A stretch of DNA of 64,000 nt from Magnetococcales bacterium. GTDB lineage: Bacteria; Pseudomonadota; Magnetococcia; Magnetococcales; JADGCL01. Each line of letters opens with the position of its first letter. Within the stretch, counting starts at the first letter, position 1. The DNA is taken from the NCBI GenBank assembly GCA_015229005.1, contig JADGCL010000002.1, positions 12,577-76,576 of the forward strand. Reading direction: 5' to 3'. Made by a program: the position numbers and the translations under genes. Under the pieces are notes generated by a model. That model worked only from the letters and a program-made list of their open reading frames with translations. It was not told the origin of the DNA and made no database searches. Positions 11,261 to 22,725 of the stretch are shown here, in pieces.

Positions 11261-12088
11261 TCAGTGAACCTTCGCCCAGATCCGCCGCTTCACCGCGTAC
11301 AACATCGCCGTGAACACCAACAGGTAGATCATGACACCGATCCCCATGCCCTTCCTCTGCTCCGCCGTCGGCTCCGCCGCCCACGCCAGGAACGTCACCA
11401 CATCCCGACTCAACTGCTCCAAAGAGGCCTTCGTCCCATCCCCATACTCGACCGCCCCATCCTGCATGGGCTGTGGCATCGCCAGAAAATGGCCGGGGAA
11501 ATACTTGTTGAAGTTGCCGCCACCCTCAAGCTTCGTGATCGCTTCCTTAAGCTTATCCTCATGGCGCGGATCCATATGAAGGACGTGCGCGACCTCCATC
11601 CGCTCGGTTTCGGACAACTTCCCGTCCTCCATCGCCTTCTTGATGTCGGCCGATTCCTGGTCCGTCAAATAGCCCGTAAGGATCCCGTAGGCATAGTCCT
11701 CGTACCCTTTCCGCGCCTTGGTCATCAGGGAGAGGTCGGGAGGCTCGATCCCATACGTCTCCTTGGCCGAGACCGCATCCATCACCGACAGCATCCGGTC
11801 CTTCCGCGACCGCCCGGAGTCCTTCGCCATCGCCTCAATTTCCGCCTCGGGAAGACCAAAGGCCCGCATCTGGTCGAATTTGATATACTTCAGCGAGTGA
11901 CAATTCATGCAGACACCCACCGCCACCTTCGCACCCCGCTTCAGGGCAGCCTCATCGAACTTGCCGAAAATGCCCTTGAAACCCCACTCCTGCACCGGCA
12001 ACGCCGCACCGCCGGAGGCCTGCCCCCATTGCGGCAACAGCAGGACCAACAGTGCAGCAACCTTGATCGTCCCCTTCATGAGATCCAT
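11261..12088 (-). CDS. petC: Cytochrome c1
   Basis: CMNCH heme motif, PPDLSL, AMPQP axial Met, FLAWAAEP, C-terminal TM helix. Confidence 0.96.
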   Translation of the reverse strand: MDLMKGTIKVAALLVLLLPQWGQASGGAALPVQEWGFKGIFGKFDEAALKRGAKVAVGVCMNCHSLKYIKFDQMRAFGLPEAEIEAMAKDSGRSRKDRMLSVMDAVSAKETYGIEPPDLSLMTKARKGYEDYAYGILTGYLTDQESADIKKAMEDGKLSETERMEVAHVLHMDPRHEDKLKEAITKLEGGGNFNKYFPGHFLAMPQPMQDGAVEYGDGTKASLEQLSRDVVTFLAWAAEPTAEQRKGMGIGVMIYLLVFTAMLYAVKRRIWAKVH

Positions 12089-12101
12089 GGTGGTCCCCCT
12101 G

Positions 12102-13316
12102 TCAAATGCTCTTGGGCAGCGGCTTGGGTTTCTCGATCTTCAGCACCGTGACCAACCACAACCCCACGAAATAGCTGAAGTAGACCGCCGTCGCCGTCCG
12201 ACCGATCACGATCAGCGGCAACGCCCCGTCGAACAGCGTGGCATCGGCAGGGTTGTAGCCGACCCAGCCGAGAACGAAGCAATCCAGCACAAACACCCAG
12301 AACAGTTGCCGCGAAAGCGGACGGTAACGGAAAGAACGCACAGGCGAACGGTCAAGCCAAGGCAGGATGAACAGTATCGCAATCGCCCCACCCATCGCCA
12401 CCACCCCGGCCAGCTTGCTGAACGACCCGAGAAAATCAATCGAACGCAGGATCGCGTAGAAGGGCAGGAAATACCACTCAGGAACGATGTGCGCCGGAGT
12501 CTTCATGGGATCCGCAGGGATGTAATTATCCGGCTCCAGGAAGAAGTTCGGCGCAAAAAACACGAATGCCAGATACACCATCAAGAACACCCCGACACCG
12601 TACAGATCCTTGATCGTGTAATACGGATGAAACGGCAGCGTGTCCTTACCCTCGTGGACGTCGATTCCGTCCGGGTTGTTCGAATGGACCGCGTGCAGCG
12701 CCCACATGTGCAGAATCACCAAGCCGAACACCACGAAAGGAAACAGAAAATGCAGCACGAAAAACCGGTTCAGCGTCGGGTCTCCAACCGAAAACCCGCC
12801 CAAGATCCAGACCACCAGCTCCTCACCCACCACCGGGATCGCCGAAACCAGGTTCGTGATCACCGCCGCACCCCAGTAGGACATCTGCCCCCAGGGCAGC
12901 ACGTAACCCATGAAAGCCGTCCCCATCAGCGCAAAGAAGATGATCACCCCGAACCACCACAGAATCTCCCGCGGCGACCGGTGCGAACCGTAATACATTC
13001 CGCGCAGTATGTGAATGTACACACAGACGAAAAAGAAGGTCGCACCGTTGGCGTGAAGATACCGCAACAACCATCCGAAGTTCACATCCCGCATGATATG
13101 CTCGACGGAATCGAAAGCCAGATTCGCGTCCGGCTTGTAGTGCATCGCCAGAAACAATCCCGTCGCCAGCATCACGATCAGTACAAACAGGGCCAGCGAG
13201 CCAAAATTCCACCAGTAATTCAGATTCTTCGGGGTCGGGTATTCCGTTGCCTGCGATTTGATCAGGTCACTGACCGGCAGTCGGGCGTCCACCCACTCCA
13301 TGATTGACTTGAACAC
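12102..13316 (-). CDS. petB: Cytochrome b
   Basis: [24 protein letters not shown]; GTG at 13316 with AAGGAG RBS (alternative ATG at 13334). Confidence 0.97.
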   Translation of the reverse strand: MFKSIMEWVDARLPVSDLIKSQATEYPTPKNLNYWWNFGSLALFVLIVMLATGLFLAMHYKPDANLAFDSVEHIMRDVNFGWLLRYLHANGATFFFVCVYIHILRGMYYGSHRSPREILWWFGVIIFFALMGTAFMGYVLPWGQMSYWGAAVITNLVSAIPVVGEELVVWILGGFSVGDPTLNRFFVLHFLFPFVVFGLVILHMWALHAVHSNNPDGIDVHEGKDTLPFHPYYTIKDLYGVGVFLMVYLAFVFFAPNFFLEPDNYIPADPMKTPAHIVPEWYFLPFYAILRSIDFLGSFSKLAGVVAMGGAIAILFILPWLDRSPVRSFRYRPLSRQLFWVFVLDCFVLGWVGYNPADATLFDGALPLIVIGRTATAVYFSYFVGLWLVTVLKIEKPKPLPKSI

Positions 13317-13395
13317 CGCGAGATCTCCTTGCATAAGTGCGTCAGTATCGGCGATTCCATCGGTCCGTCGCCCGGTCGATGCCGGGAGCTCCCGA

Positions 13396-13935
13396 TCAGC
13401 CCACCGCCTTGCCGATCACCAGGGTGTTGCCATCATCCTTGAAATCGTAGTCCGGAACCGTCAGATTCGCCGGCGCCGGTCCCTGGCGGATCCGCCCGGA
13501 AGTGTCGTAGTGCGACCCGTGACAGGGGCACAGAAACCCCCCGAAATCCCCCGTCCCGATCGGCTGCGGCACACACCCCAGGTGCGAACAGACCGCCAGC
13601 ACCACCAGGTACTCCGGACGCTTGACTCGCTCCGCATCCTTGCTCGGGGGATTCGGGTCGGGCAATTTGACCTTGTCCCCCTCCCTGGCCGACGCGATCT
13701 GCTCGGCCGTCCGCTTCAGCACGAACACCGGCTTCCCCTGCCAGGGAACGGTGATCATCTGCCCCTCCTGCAAGGCGCTGATATCCACCTCCGTCGTGGC
13801 CTGCGCCAGCACGTCCGCCGAAGGACTCCAGGAACGGATGAACGGCCACGCCGCCCCCGCCACCCCCCCCAACCCGACGACGCTCGTCGCCAGGATCAGA
13901 AAATCCCGGCGATTCTCTTCCGCTTCTATGGCCAT
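13396..13935 (-). CDS. petA: Ubiquinol-cytochrome c reductase Rieske iron-sulfur subunit
   Basis: Tat motif RRDFL; CSHLGC and CPCHGS. Confidence 0.97.
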   Translation of the reverse strand: MAIEAEENRRDFLILATSVVGLGGVAGAAWPFIRSWSPSADVLAQATTEVDISALQEGQMITVPWQGKPVFVLKRTAEQIASAREGDKVKLPDPNPPSKDAERVKRPEYLVVLAVCSHLGCVPQPIGTGDFGGFLCPCHGSHYDTSGRIRQGPAPANLTVPDYDFKDDGNTLVIGKAVG

Positions 13936-14020
13936 GGCAACTCCTACCTCCCCAATCGGTCTGGCTCGCGGGTGGATCGTGACCTCCCCTGCAGAGTAAT
14001 CACCCCCCCCTCCGTGACTT

Positions 14021-14081
14021 GCTCAACCCCAACCGGCTCAACTCCTGGCCGGATCAACTCCAACCGGCTCAACCCCAACCG
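14021..14081. repeat. Imperfect tandem repeat, 4 x ~15 bp (GCTCAACCCCAACCG), upstream of petA
   Basis: Copies at 14021, 14036, 14052 and 14067; first and last are identical. Confidence 0.8.
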
Positions 14082-14296
14082 GCAGTGCGCGGTCGCACCG
14101 ACAAGCCGCCATAAACGGGCGATACAACCTCGCGGCAAACTTCCCGCCACCGCAGGTCCAACCCCGCCGCCCCCACCGGAATTTCCTGCCACCAAGGGCA
14201 GTGGGACGCCGCCAAATTCAAAGGGATGCCGCCAGATTCAGAAACGGTTAATATTGGGAAAGAAGCCCCTGCCGTCAACCGGAAATTCGTTCAGGA

Positions 14297-14851
14297 TTGA
14301 CTGTGATCAATTCCCTCTCCCGAGACCCGCCCCACGAGGCCGCCACCACCGGCGCCGACCGACCCCCGCAACCGGGCGAGGCCCCCCCCTTCCACATCAT
14401 TCTCCATCAGCCGGAAATCCCCGGCAATACCGGCAACATCATCAGACTCTGCGCTGCCGCCGGCGCCGTCCTCCACCTGGTGGGCCCCCTCGGCTTCCGC
14501 CTCGACGCCGCCGCCCTTCGCCGCGCCGGCATGGACTACCGGCAGCTCGCCGACTGCCGCCGCCATCCCGATTGGAACGCCTACCTCGAACAAGAACCCG
14601 CCGGCTCCCGGCGCTTCGCCCTGACCACGCGCGGCGAATCCCGCCCGGACGAACACGCCTTCCGCCCCGGGGATCGATTCCTCTTCGGCTCCGAAAGCTC
14701 CGGACTGCCCCAAGCCCTGCTCGAAGACCACCCGGGACGCCGCCTGCGCATCCCCATGCGCACCGACGCCCGCAGCCTCAACCTCGCCAACAGCGTCGCC
14801 ATCCTCCTCTACGAGGCCCTCCGCCAGAACCACTTCCCCGGGCTCCGCTGA
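14297..14851 (+). CDS. trmL: tRNA (cytidine(34)-2'-O)-methyltransferase TrmL (start uncertain)
   Basis: PEIPGNTGNIIR, RRAGMDY, FGSES, RSLNLANS (SPOUT fold motifs). Confidence 0.92.
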   Translation: MTVINSLSRDPPHEAATTGADRPPQPGEAPPFHIILHQPEIPGNTGNIIRLCAAAGAVLHLVGPLGFRLDAAALRRAGMDYRQLADCRRHPDWNAYLEQEPAGSRRFALTTRGESRPDEHAFRPGDRFLFGSESSGLPQALLEDHPGRRLRIPMRTDARSLNLANSVAILLYEALRQNHFPGLR

Positions 14852-14942
14852 CCCCGGAAGGAGTGCCCCGCCAACAGCAAACCCATGCCTCCTGCTCTTC
14901 CTGCCCGGGATCGCCGTCCTCACCTCCCCAGGGCAGCCTTCC

Positions 14943-15974
14943 TCACTTGCCCGGGGCCGCCGCCTTCGCCGCCGCAAGCTCCGCGTCGATGGCCGTCTTG
15001 AACTCCTCCAACGGCAGGGAGCCGACCATCGAAATGCCGTTCACGAAGAAGGTCGGGGTCCCGGAAACCCCCAGCCGCTCACCCTCTTCCCGGTCGGCCT
15101 TGACCCGGGCCGCCTGCGTGCCGCCGTCAAGACAGGCATCGAACTTCGCTGCGTCCAAACCGGTCGCCTTCGCCAGCGCCTTGAGATCGGGAACCGTGAG
15201 CTTGTTCTGCTGCTTGAACATCGCGTCGTGGAACGGCCAGAACTTCCCCTGCTCCTCGGCGCACTGACCGGCCTCGGAAGCCTTGGCCGCATTCGCGTGA
15301 AACGGCATGGGGAAATGGCGAAAGACGATCCTGATCCGATCCCCGTAGTGGGCCAGAAGCTGCCCGAGGACATCCTGAACACGGCTGCAATAGGGACATT
15401 CGAAATCCGAGAACTCGACCACCGTCACCGCCGCCTGCGCCCCGCCCTTGACCGGGGTCATCGCCCCCTTGACCTCCACCCGCGGCGGTTCGGGCGCCGT
15501 CAGGAGAATTTCGGCGTTGTACTTCTGCTCAAGGCGACCGATGACCTTCCCCCAGGCGGCCCGCTCCCCCTGAAGCTTCAGGAATTTCCCGACCTTCGCT
15601 CGCAACTCGTCGTCCACATTGGGAAATTTCTGGGCATTGGCCTTGAGAAACTGATCGACCTCCGACGATTCCACCGGCTTCGCCGTCCTGGCGATCTCCT
15701 GCTCGAGATAGGCGTCGGCGGTCATCCCCAGGGACTTCGCCTCCAGCTCCAGGAGATGATCGGCGACCAAGTCCCGCGCCTGATCGTGGCGCAACTGGTA
15801 GAGCTGCCGATCCACCTCGTAGCGCTTCATCCCCAGCGCCTTGTCCACCTCCTCCACGGTGATCTGCTTCCCGCCCACCTTGGCCGCCAGGGTGCCGGCT
15901 TGCAGGGGAGCAGCCACGGAGAGCGCCAACCAGGCGCCAACCGCCAACATCAGGTACCGCTTCGATCGCATCAT
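14943..15974 (-). CDS. Periplasmic DsbA-family thioredoxin with N-terminal helical domain
   Basis: Signal peptide; EFSDFECPYC and GTPTFFVNG; true start MMRSKRY inside the longer listed ORF. Confidence 0.88.
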   Translation of the reverse strand: MMRSKRYLMLAVGAWLALSVAAPLQAGTLAAKVGGKQITVEEVDKALGMKRYEVDRQLYQLRHDQARDLVADHLLELEAKSLGMTADAYLEQEIARTAKPVESSEVDQFLKANAQKFPNVDDELRAKVGKFLKLQGERAAWGKVIGRLEQKYNAEILLTAPEPPRVEVKGAMTPVKGGAQAAVTVVEFSDFECPYCSRVQDVLGQLLAHYGDRIRIVFRHFPMPFHANAAKASEAGQCAEEQGKFWPFHDAMFKQQNKLTVPDLKALAKATGLDAAKFDACLDGGTQAARVKADREEGERLGVSGTPTFFVNGISMVGSLPLEEFKTAIDAELAAAKAAAPGK

Positions 15975-16003
15975 GGGTTGGGTAGTCCTCGAACTCTCTC
16001 TCG

Positions 16004-16435
16004 TCAGCGGCCGTACACGCTCTGGGCCCGTTGTTGGAACGCCTGAACCATGTCCTTGGTAACCTTGGCGAAAAGTGGCCCAAGGGTGGCATTGAGGAGG
16101 CGATTCTTGAACTGAAACTTGATCTCGAAATCCACCCGCGTCCCGCTCCCGACGGGGGTAAAGAGCCAGGTACTCTCCAGGCTCTGGAAAGGCCCCGACT
16201 CGAGTTGGATATCCACCCTCTGCCCGGGAATCAGGCGATCGATTGTCCGGAAGGTCTCCCGCATCCCCTTGATGGCGAAGGTCATCTCCGAGCGGAAACT
16301 GGTCCCGGTCTCCTCCGACTTCGTCGCCTTGACGCACCAGGGGAGGAATTCCGGGTAACGATCCATGTCCACCACGAGATCGTACATCTGCTGCGGCGAC
16401 CAGGTCACGACCGTCGAGGCCTCGCGATGGATCAT
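16004..16435 (-). CDS. RatA/Coq10-family START-domain protein (copy 2)
   Basis: MYDLVVDMDRYPEFLPWC and GPFQSLESTW; ATGA overlap with copy 1. Confidence 0.88.
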   Translation of the reverse strand: MIHREASTVVTWSPQQMYDLVVDMDRYPEFLPWCVKATKSEETGTSFRSEMTFAIKGMRETFRTIDRLIPGQRVDIQLESGPFQSLESTWLFTPVGSGTRVDFEIKFQFKNRLLNATLGPLFAKVTKDMVQAFQQRAQSVYGR

Positions 16436-16887
16436 GATGCCCCGCCCCCTTTCCCCCCGTCGCCGTAGATCGCACGCGCCCGGTCGCGGAAAGCCACCAG
16501 CATCTGTCGGGATATGTGCGTGAAAACCGGCCCCACCATGACCTCCTTGACCCGGTTGCGAAAACGGAAATTGATGAAAAAATCGACCCGGGTCTGGTTG
16601 CCGACCGGGGTGAAGTGCCAGGTGCTGGCCAGGTACTGGAACGGCCCGCTCTTCAGGTTGATCTCGACCCGGCTGCCCGGCACCACCGTGTCCAGCGTCT
16701 GGAAGGTCTCGCGGATGCCCTTGTAGGCCACCGTCAGCTCGGCCATGAACTGCCCCGGCTGGTGGTCGAAGGCCCGGGTCTTCACGCACCAGGGCAGAAA
16801 CTGGGGATAGCTCCCCACGTCAACCACCAGATCGTACATCTGGGTCGCACTGAACGGGAGGATCTCACTGAGGCGGATCTGGGGCAT
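16432..16887 (-). CDS. RatA/Coq10-family START-domain protein (copy 1)
   Basis: MYDLVVDVGSYPQFLPWC, GPFQYLASTWHF, AFRDRA; C-terminal part of the listed 630-aa ORF. Confidence 0.88.
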   Translation of the reverse strand: MPQIRLSEILPFSATQMYDLVVDVGSYPQFLPWCVKTRAFDHQPGQFMAELTVAYKGIRETFQTLDTVVPGSRVEINLKSGPFQYLASTWHFTPVGNQTRVDFFINFRFRNRVKEVMVGPVFTHISRQMLVAFRDRARAIYGDGGKGGGAS

Positions 16888-17107
16888 CGGGCTTTCGGCG
16901 GCGCGGTCTCGATGCGACCTTATCGTCGCGTTTCTCCAAGACTTCTTCAAAGCAAAGGGGGCGCAAACCGCACGCCCCGGACGAAGGCGCCGGACCCCGG
17001 GCGGAGAGTTCTTCGCGGAGGGCTTCATCCAGCACGTTGTCAACGGGCTCCCAATCCAATATCCTGTGAGGATATTCCAAACCGGCGTCCCGGTCCATGC
17101 TCCGCAT
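16865..17107 (-). CDS. Small hypothetical protein (80 aa)
   Basis: Strong GAGGAGG upstream; fills the gap between gap and the ratA-like genes; overlaps the next gene by 23 nt; no motif recognised. Confidence 0.4.
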   Translation of the reverse strand: MRSMDRDAGLEYPHRILDWEPVDNVLDEALREELSARGPAPSSGACGLRPLCFEEVLEKRDDKVASRPRRRKPDAPDPPQ

Positions 17108-17235
17108 GAGGCCCTTTCCTCCTCCCCCGGAAATCGGGGGCGGGGTGTGATCGGACCCCCACGCGGAAACCCGGAACCTGCGGGCGCCCGGTTGGCTACA
17201 CTCGCAATGAAGGACTCATCAAGGAGGCTTGGAAG

Positions 17236-18240
17236 ATGACGATTCGTATCGGTGTCAACGGGTTCGGCCGCATCGGCAGGATGGTTGTCCGCGCAAAGCT
17301 CGGCAACTCCAAGTACGACAACATCGAGTTGGTGGGCATCAACGACCTCGGCGCCAAGGACACCATGGTCCACCTGCTCAAGTACGACTCGGTGGCACTG
17401 CGCCTCAAGCAGGAGGTCCACGCCACCCCCGAGGGGATCTCCATCGACGGCAAGAACATCCCCATCCTCTCGCAGCGCAACCCCGCCGACCTGCCCTGGG
17501 GCAAGATGGGCGTCGACTACGTCGTCGAGTCCACCGGCTTCTTCACCAAGCGCGACGCCGCCGAAGGCCACATCAAGGGCGGCGCCAAGCGCGTCGTCAT
17601 CTCCGCCCCCGCTACCGGCGATGTCAAGACGATCGTCATGGGCGTCAACGAGAACGAGTACGACCCCAAGGCCCACACCGTCCTCTCCAACGCCTCCTGC
17701 ACCACCAACTGCCTCGCCCCCTTCGCCAAGGTGATCCTGGACAAGTTCGGCATCAAGCGCGGCCTGATGACCACCGTCCACGCCTACACCAACGACCAGA
17801 GCATCCTCGACTTCCCCCACAGCGACCTTCGCCGCGCCCGCGCCGCCGCCGTCAACATGATCCCCACCAAGACCGGCGCCGCCGCAGCCATCGGCCTCGT
17901 CATCCCCGCCCTCAAGGGTAAGTTCGACGGCGGCGCCGTGCGCGTCCCGACCCCGAACGTCTCCATCGTCGACGCGGTCATGGAAGTCGAGAAGTCCACC
18001 TCCGTCGAGGAGGTCAACGCCGCCCTCAAGGCCGCCACCAATCAGTACCTCGGCTACACCGACGAGCCCCTGGTCTCCATCGATTTCCAGGGCGACCCCC
18101 GCTCCTCCATCGTCGATGGCGGCTGCACCAAGGTCATCGGCGGTCTCTCCGTCAAGGTGATGAGCTGGTACGACAACGAGTGGGGCTATTCCAATCGCGT
18201 CCTCGACCTGATCCAGCACATCGCCTCCCAGGAGAAGTAA
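17236..18240 (+). CDS. gap: Type I glyceraldehyde-3-phosphate dehydrogenase
   Basis: GVNGFGRIGR, ASCTTNCL, WYDNEWGY; AGGAGG RBS; strong codon bias. Confidence 0.98.
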   Translation: MTIRIGVNGFGRIGRMVVRAKLGNSKYDNIELVGINDLGAKDTMVHLLKYDSVALRLKQEVHATPEGISIDGKNIPILSQRNPADLPWGKMGVDYVVESTGFFTKRDAAEGHIKGGAKRVVISAPATGDVKTIVMGVNENEYDPKAHTVLSNASCTTNCLAPFAKVILDKFGIKRGLMTTVHAYTNDQSILDFPHSDLRRARAAAVNMIPTKTGAAAAIGLVIPALKGKFDGGAVRVPTPNVSIVDAVMEVEKSTSVEEVNAALKAATNQYLGYTDEPLVSIDFQGDPRSSIVDGGCTKVIGGLSVKVMSWYDNEWGYSNRVLDLIQHIASQEK

Positions 18241-18250
18241 GCCTCCGACC

Positions 18251-21200
18251 GTGGCCAACGGCCCCGAGTCCGCAACCGAAATCGATCGGAATCGGCCCCC
18301 CGATTCCGATGCGGTTCGGGCCAATCTGGACCAGACCTACGTGGAGCGGGTCGCAATCGACCCGCTCCACTTGGTCCTCACCCTCCCGGTCGCGGACTTC
18401 TTCGGCCTCTCCCGCGCCCTCGAACACCTCCTCCTCGAACTCAACCACCCGCTGCGCAATTGGCCCCTCCTCCTCCCGGAACTCAAGGGCTTTCTCCTCC
18501 AGAACAGCAACCGCTACCTCCCCCATCCCCGGGGACCCGAGTGTTTTACCCTTTTTTTTGGATTTTTCCTCCAGGCCCTGGCCGAATCCACCCGACCCCA
18601 GACCCGCGCCGAGGCCCTCGTCGCCCTGACCGCGGCGCTCGATCGCCTGGCCGGACTCATGGACGGCAACCTGGCCACCCCCTACGGCGCCGTCTGGGAA
18701 GATATTTTCTCCAGGCTCGCCGCCCTGCCGACAGAGGAGCAACGTCTCCTCGCCCAGAGCCATTTCCCCCTGGCGCGGATCATCCGTACCCTCCTGGAAC
18801 ACACCGGCGACAGCGCCCCCATCGCCCTCGCCCCCATGCACTCCCTCCTGGGTGTCTCCTGCCGAACGACCTACGATCACTGGCTCACCCAGTTTGACCC
18901 GGGCGTCTTCGCCGAGCCCGCCGCCACCGCCTTCGAGCGGATCCGCCACGACGCCCTGAGGCACGATGCCCAGAGGCTCGAACGGCTCCTCGCGGCGCCT
19001 CCCTCCCGGGCCAATCTCTTCAAACTGGCGGCCCTGCCCTCCTATCTTGACATCGTCCGCGGTTACCGCCAGGCAGTCGACCAGCTCGGCGAGCCGGCCG
19101 GAGGCGAGGCCTCGCCGGCAGCGGCCCGCTTCAGCGAAAGCCGCAAGCTCCGCTTCATGTTCCATATCCTCGAGATGGAGTCCCTCGACCTCATCCACGA
19201 GGAGACCCTGAAAAAGGTCAACCTCAGCCTGGTCCATCTCGTCGAACTCAAACAATCCTTCGGGCGGATGGAGGAACTCTTCCTCTCGACCTTCGCCTTC
19301 CTCAAGACCAACGTCGTCCGCTATCCCCACACCGCCCTCCAGTGCATCGAGGTCCTGGGTACCGAGGTCTTCCGCCGCGAAAGCAGCATCCTCATGGAGG
19401 CCTTCCTCGACCAGGTGGTCCGCTTCGGCTTTCAACACGCCCGCATCCAGGGAGTGGGCGCCGACTGGCAACCCCGGGTCAACCCGGCGCACCTGTATAA
19501 TATCCGCGTCTGGCTCAACCTCATCATCCAGCGGCCCAAGTGGTGTTCGACCCTGCTGTCGGCCCTGATCCTCAATATCAAGCTCACCGGCGTCCTCATC
19601 CGCGACACCGATCTCTTCCAGAAAGAGATCACCGCCCTCCTCAACAGCGAGTTTGCCCCGGTCACCAACCTGGTCAAGCAGTTTTGCCGTCTCCTCCCGG
19701 TCTATTACAACGAGATCGGCGCCGAGGGCGAGATCCGCGAGGTCTCCACCGAGCTCGACGAAATCCACCGGCGGGCGGATCGCCTGGTCCACTTCCTCCG
19801 CAAGCAGTGCCATGTGGAGAGTACCAATCTCACCGTCGAGCTTGCCCGCGCCGCCCTCCACTTCTGGCGAACAGGCGACAAGACTCCCCTCGCCGGTGTC
19901 ATCGCCCCACCCCTCTGGGCCTCCCTCGAGACCGGCAGCGATCTCTTCGACCGGGTCCACGCGCTCACCGTGCGCCTCTTCGCGGCCCTCGACCTGGCCG
20001 ACGAGACCGCACTCCTCACGGTCACCCCCGAAAGGATCGCCGCCACTCTCGCCCCGTGGGAGGATTCCGATCCCGGCGAACGTCGGCGCCTCTTTCTCCT
20101 CTGCCGGCTCTATCACCTCCTCCACGCGAAATACAACCTGGGCGCCCAGGGGGTGCGGGAGGCCCTCGCCGGGGTCCACGATCTGAACCTGACCACTCGG
20201 GAGAAGCTCCTCGACCTCCTCGACCAGGGCGTGACCGGGCTGCCCCGCCTCGAGGCCCTGCTCGACACCCTGGAGGAGTTGCGGGCCGTCATCCACTCCC
20301 CGGAACGGTTCGAGGCCCGCGAGGAGCTCTACCGCAAGCGTCATCTCACCGTCGACATCCCCTCGGTATACGGGCGCTATCTCGAACGGAAATTCGACGC
20401 CCTCTCCCTGACCTTCCGCCTGGAGAACCTGGCCAGCGTCGAGTTGGAGGCGCTCGTCCGGCGAATCCCCGAGGAGTACATCTCCCAGGCGATTTTTTTC
20501 CGCGTCGCCAAGTATCTCAAGATCTTCCTCCGCGCCCTCGCCCTCGACGGCATCACCTCGCGCAAACTGACGAACCTGGGGAAGGTCCTCGATCGAACCC
20601 TGGAACTCAATCTCTTTGCCTTCGACCAATACCGCGACATCTTCCAGGGGTTTTCCCAAGCGGTGACGGACATCGTCACCACCTACTTCACCAGTTACCA
20701 CCGGGACAATCTGGCGATCATCGTTCCCGAGATCCCCGTGGAAGCCCTGACCCGCCGCTTCGCACCCCTGCGGACGGCGGAGCTGCCGGCCTCGGTCGAA
20801 CGGATGAGCGAGGCCCTGCTGCGGGATCTCATCGGCGAGGCCTTCGGTCTCCAGGCCCTCGACAATTTCGTCGCCCGGCTGCAGAAGGCGCTTACCCGCC
20901 AGGAGGGGCGTCTCGCCCCGGAGCAGCTCGACCGCCTGATGAGCTATGACCCGGGCAAACTCTTCTGTCCGATCCACCACCCGACCGACCGCACCCGCAA
21001 TCTGATCCACCTGGGGGCCAAGGGCTTCAACCTGGTACAGATGGCCGAGGATGGCCTGCCGGTCCCCGCCGGGGTCATCGTCACCACCGAGTATTTCCGC
21101 TGCCACGACCTCGTCGCCCAATTCCCGCCGGCTCGGCGCGAATTCGCGGCGATGTTGCGCCACGAGGTGCATGGCCTCGAGAGAGAGACCGGACTCCATT

Positions 21201-22534
21201 TCGGCTCGACCACCAGGCCGCTCCTCCTCTCGGTCCGGAGCGGCGCCCTGATCTCGATGCCGGGCATGATGCATACCATCCACAACGTCGGCCTGAACGA
21301 GGAGATCGTCGCCGGGCTCGCCCACGCCACCGGTCGCCCCTTCTTCGCCTGGGACAACTATCGCCGCTTCATCCAGTCCTGGTCGATGACCCACGATGTC
21401 GACCGCCAGGTCTTCACCGCCCTGATGCGCGCCGCCAAACACAGTCACGGCGTCCGCAAGAAACACGAGTTGAGCCCATCGGCGATGGCCAACCTGGCCA
21501 GGCAGTACCGGTGCGCCGCCCAGGGCCTCGGGGTCGAAATCCCCGACAACCCCTGGGAGCAGCTCACGGCGGCGATCCACCGGGTCCTCGCCTCCTGGGA
21601 GAGCGACAAGGCCGGGGAGTATCGACGCCTGATGGGCGTCTCCCACCGTTGGGGAACGGCGGTCGTCCTCCAACGGATGGTCTTCGGCAACGTCCATGAG
21701 CAGGCGGGCAGCGGCGTCGTCTTCACCGCCCACCCGCATCGCAAGCTCGACCGGGTGGTCCTGTGGGGAGATTACACCATCGGCGACCAGGGAGAGGACA
21801 TCGTCGGCGGCCTGGTCTCGACCCGGCCCATCTCCCTGGAACAGTGCCAGTATGACCGCCGCCCCCCGGCCTCCAGTCTGGAACGCTGCTTCCCGGAGAT
21901 CTTCCAGGCCCTCCTCAAAGTCGCCGAGCAGCTCATCTACACCCAGGGGTGGAACCCGCAGGAGATGGAGTTCACCTTCGACGGCCCCTCGACCGAAAAC
22001 CTCTACATGCTGCAAACCCGGGACATGTCCTCGGCCTCCCGGCTCAACCCCCTGGCCGGCGTCTTCGTCGAGCGGCCGGAACTCGCCACCGCCCTCCTCG
22101 GCCAGGGGATCGGGGTCAGCGGCGGCGCCCTCTGTGGCCGGGTCGTCTTCTCCGCGGCGCACATCGAACGTTTTCGCCGCGAGGGGGAAAAGGTCCCCCT
22201 GATCCTGGTCCGCTACGATACCGTCCCCGACGACATCCGCGAGGTCGTCCTGGTGGACGGACTCCTCACCGCCCGCGGCGGACAAACCTCCCATGCCGCC
22301 ATCGTCACCGCCCGCCTGGGGAAGACCTGCGTCGTGGGCTTCGAGGAGCTGACCCTCTGGGAGGGCGATGAGCGTTGCACCATGGGAGGGGTCACCATCC
22401 GCCCCGGGGAGATGATCGCCATCGATGGGCGGCGGGGACGAGTCTATCGCGGCGAGCAGCCGGTGACGCACGCGATCGTCGGGACCTCGGCTGCCGACCT
22501 GGCGGCGATGGATGAGGCAGATGATGGCGACTGA
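18251..22534 (+). CDS. Large PPDK-like protein: ~900-aa N-terminal helical region + nucleotide-binding domain + phospho-His swivel domain
   Basis: [62 protein letters not shown]; no C-terminal PEP/pyruvate TIM barrel. Confidence 0.85.
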   Translation: MANGPESATEIDRNRPPDSDAVRANLDQTYVERVAIDPLHLVLTLPVADFFGLSRALEHLLLELNHPLRNWPLLLPELKGFLLQNSNRYLPHPRGPECFTLFFGFFLQALAESTRPQTRAEALVALTAALDRLAGLMDGNLATPYGAVWEDIFSRLAALPTEEQRLLAQSHFPLARIIRTLLEHTGDSAPIALAPMHSLLGVSCRTTYDHWLTQFDPGVFAEPAATAFERIRHDALRHDAQRLERLLAAPPSRANLFKLAALPSYLDIVRGYRQAVDQLGEPAGGEASPAAARFSESRKLRFMFHILEMESLDLIHEETLKKVNLSLVHLVELKQSFGRMEELFLSTFAFLKTNVVRYPHTALQCIEVLGTEVFRRESSILMEAFLDQVVRFGFQHARIQGVGADWQPRVNPAHLYNIRVWLNLIIQRPKWCSTLLSALILNIKLTGVLIRDTDLFQKEITALLNSEFAPVTNLVKQFCRLLPVYYNEIGAEGEIREVSTELDEIHRRADRLVHFLRKQCHVESTNLTVELARAALHFWRTGDKTPLAGVIAPPLWASLETGSDLFDRVHALTVRLFAALDLADETALLTVTPERIAATLAPWEDSDPGERRRLFLLCRLYHLLHAKYNLGAQGVREALAGVHDLNLTTREKLLDLLDQGVTGLPRLEALLDTLEELRAVIHSPERFEAREELYRKRHLTVDIPSVYGRYLERKFDALSLTFRLENLASVELEALVRRIPEEYISQAIFFRVAKYLKIFLRALALDGITSRKLTNLGKVLDRTLELNLFAFDQYRDIFQGFSQAVTDIVTTYFTSYHRDNLAIIVPEIPVEALTRRFAPLRTAELPASVERMSEALLRDLIGEAFGLQALDNFVARLQKALTRQEGRLAPEQLDRLMSYDPGKLFCPIHHPTDRTRNLIHLGAKGFNLVQMAEDGLPVPAGVIVTTEYFRCHDLVAQFPPARREFAAMLRHEVHGLERETGLHFGSTTRPLLLSVRSGALISMPGMMHTIHNVGLNEEIVAGLAHATGRPFFAWDNYRRFIQSWSMTHDVDRQVFTALMRAAKHSHGVRKKHELSPSAMANLARQYRCAAQGLGVEIPDNPWEQLTAAIHRVLASWESDKAGEYRRLMGVSHRWGTAVVLQRMVFGNVHEQAGSGVVFTAHPHRKLDRVVLWGDYTIGDQGEDIVGGLVSTRPISLEQCQYDRRPPASSLERCFPEIFQALLKVAEQLIYTQGWNPQEMEFTFDGPSTENLYMLQTRDMSSASRLNPLAGVFVERPELATALLGQGIGVSGGALCGRVVFSAAHIERFRREGEKVPLILVRYDTVPDDIREVVLVDGLLTARGGQTSHAAIVTARLGKTCVVGFEELTLWEGDERCTMGGVTIRPGEMIAIDGRRGRVYRGEQPVTHAIVGTSAADLAAMDEADDGD

Positions 22535-22725
22535 ATCGGCCCTGGGCCCGTGCCACCCCCGAAGGCCCCGGATGGACCGTTGTCAAGGCCATCCCACGGA
22601 CTATCATGGCCGTTCCCATGACTTTTCAGGACCGTTTTTCATTCGATATCGGTCAATCTGATCAAAATTTCCGGTTCTGTACTTCGGTGAACGCCTACCA
22701 TTCGATGAAGTGCAAGGGAGCGCCC

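Noticed and set aside
16004-16887. RatAB toxin-antitoxin module
   Set aside because: No RatB/RnfH partner; both genes are START-fold paralogs.
22535-22725. TPP riboswitch upstream of thiS-thiG
   Set aside because: The conserved CTGAGA core and flanking motifs were not found.
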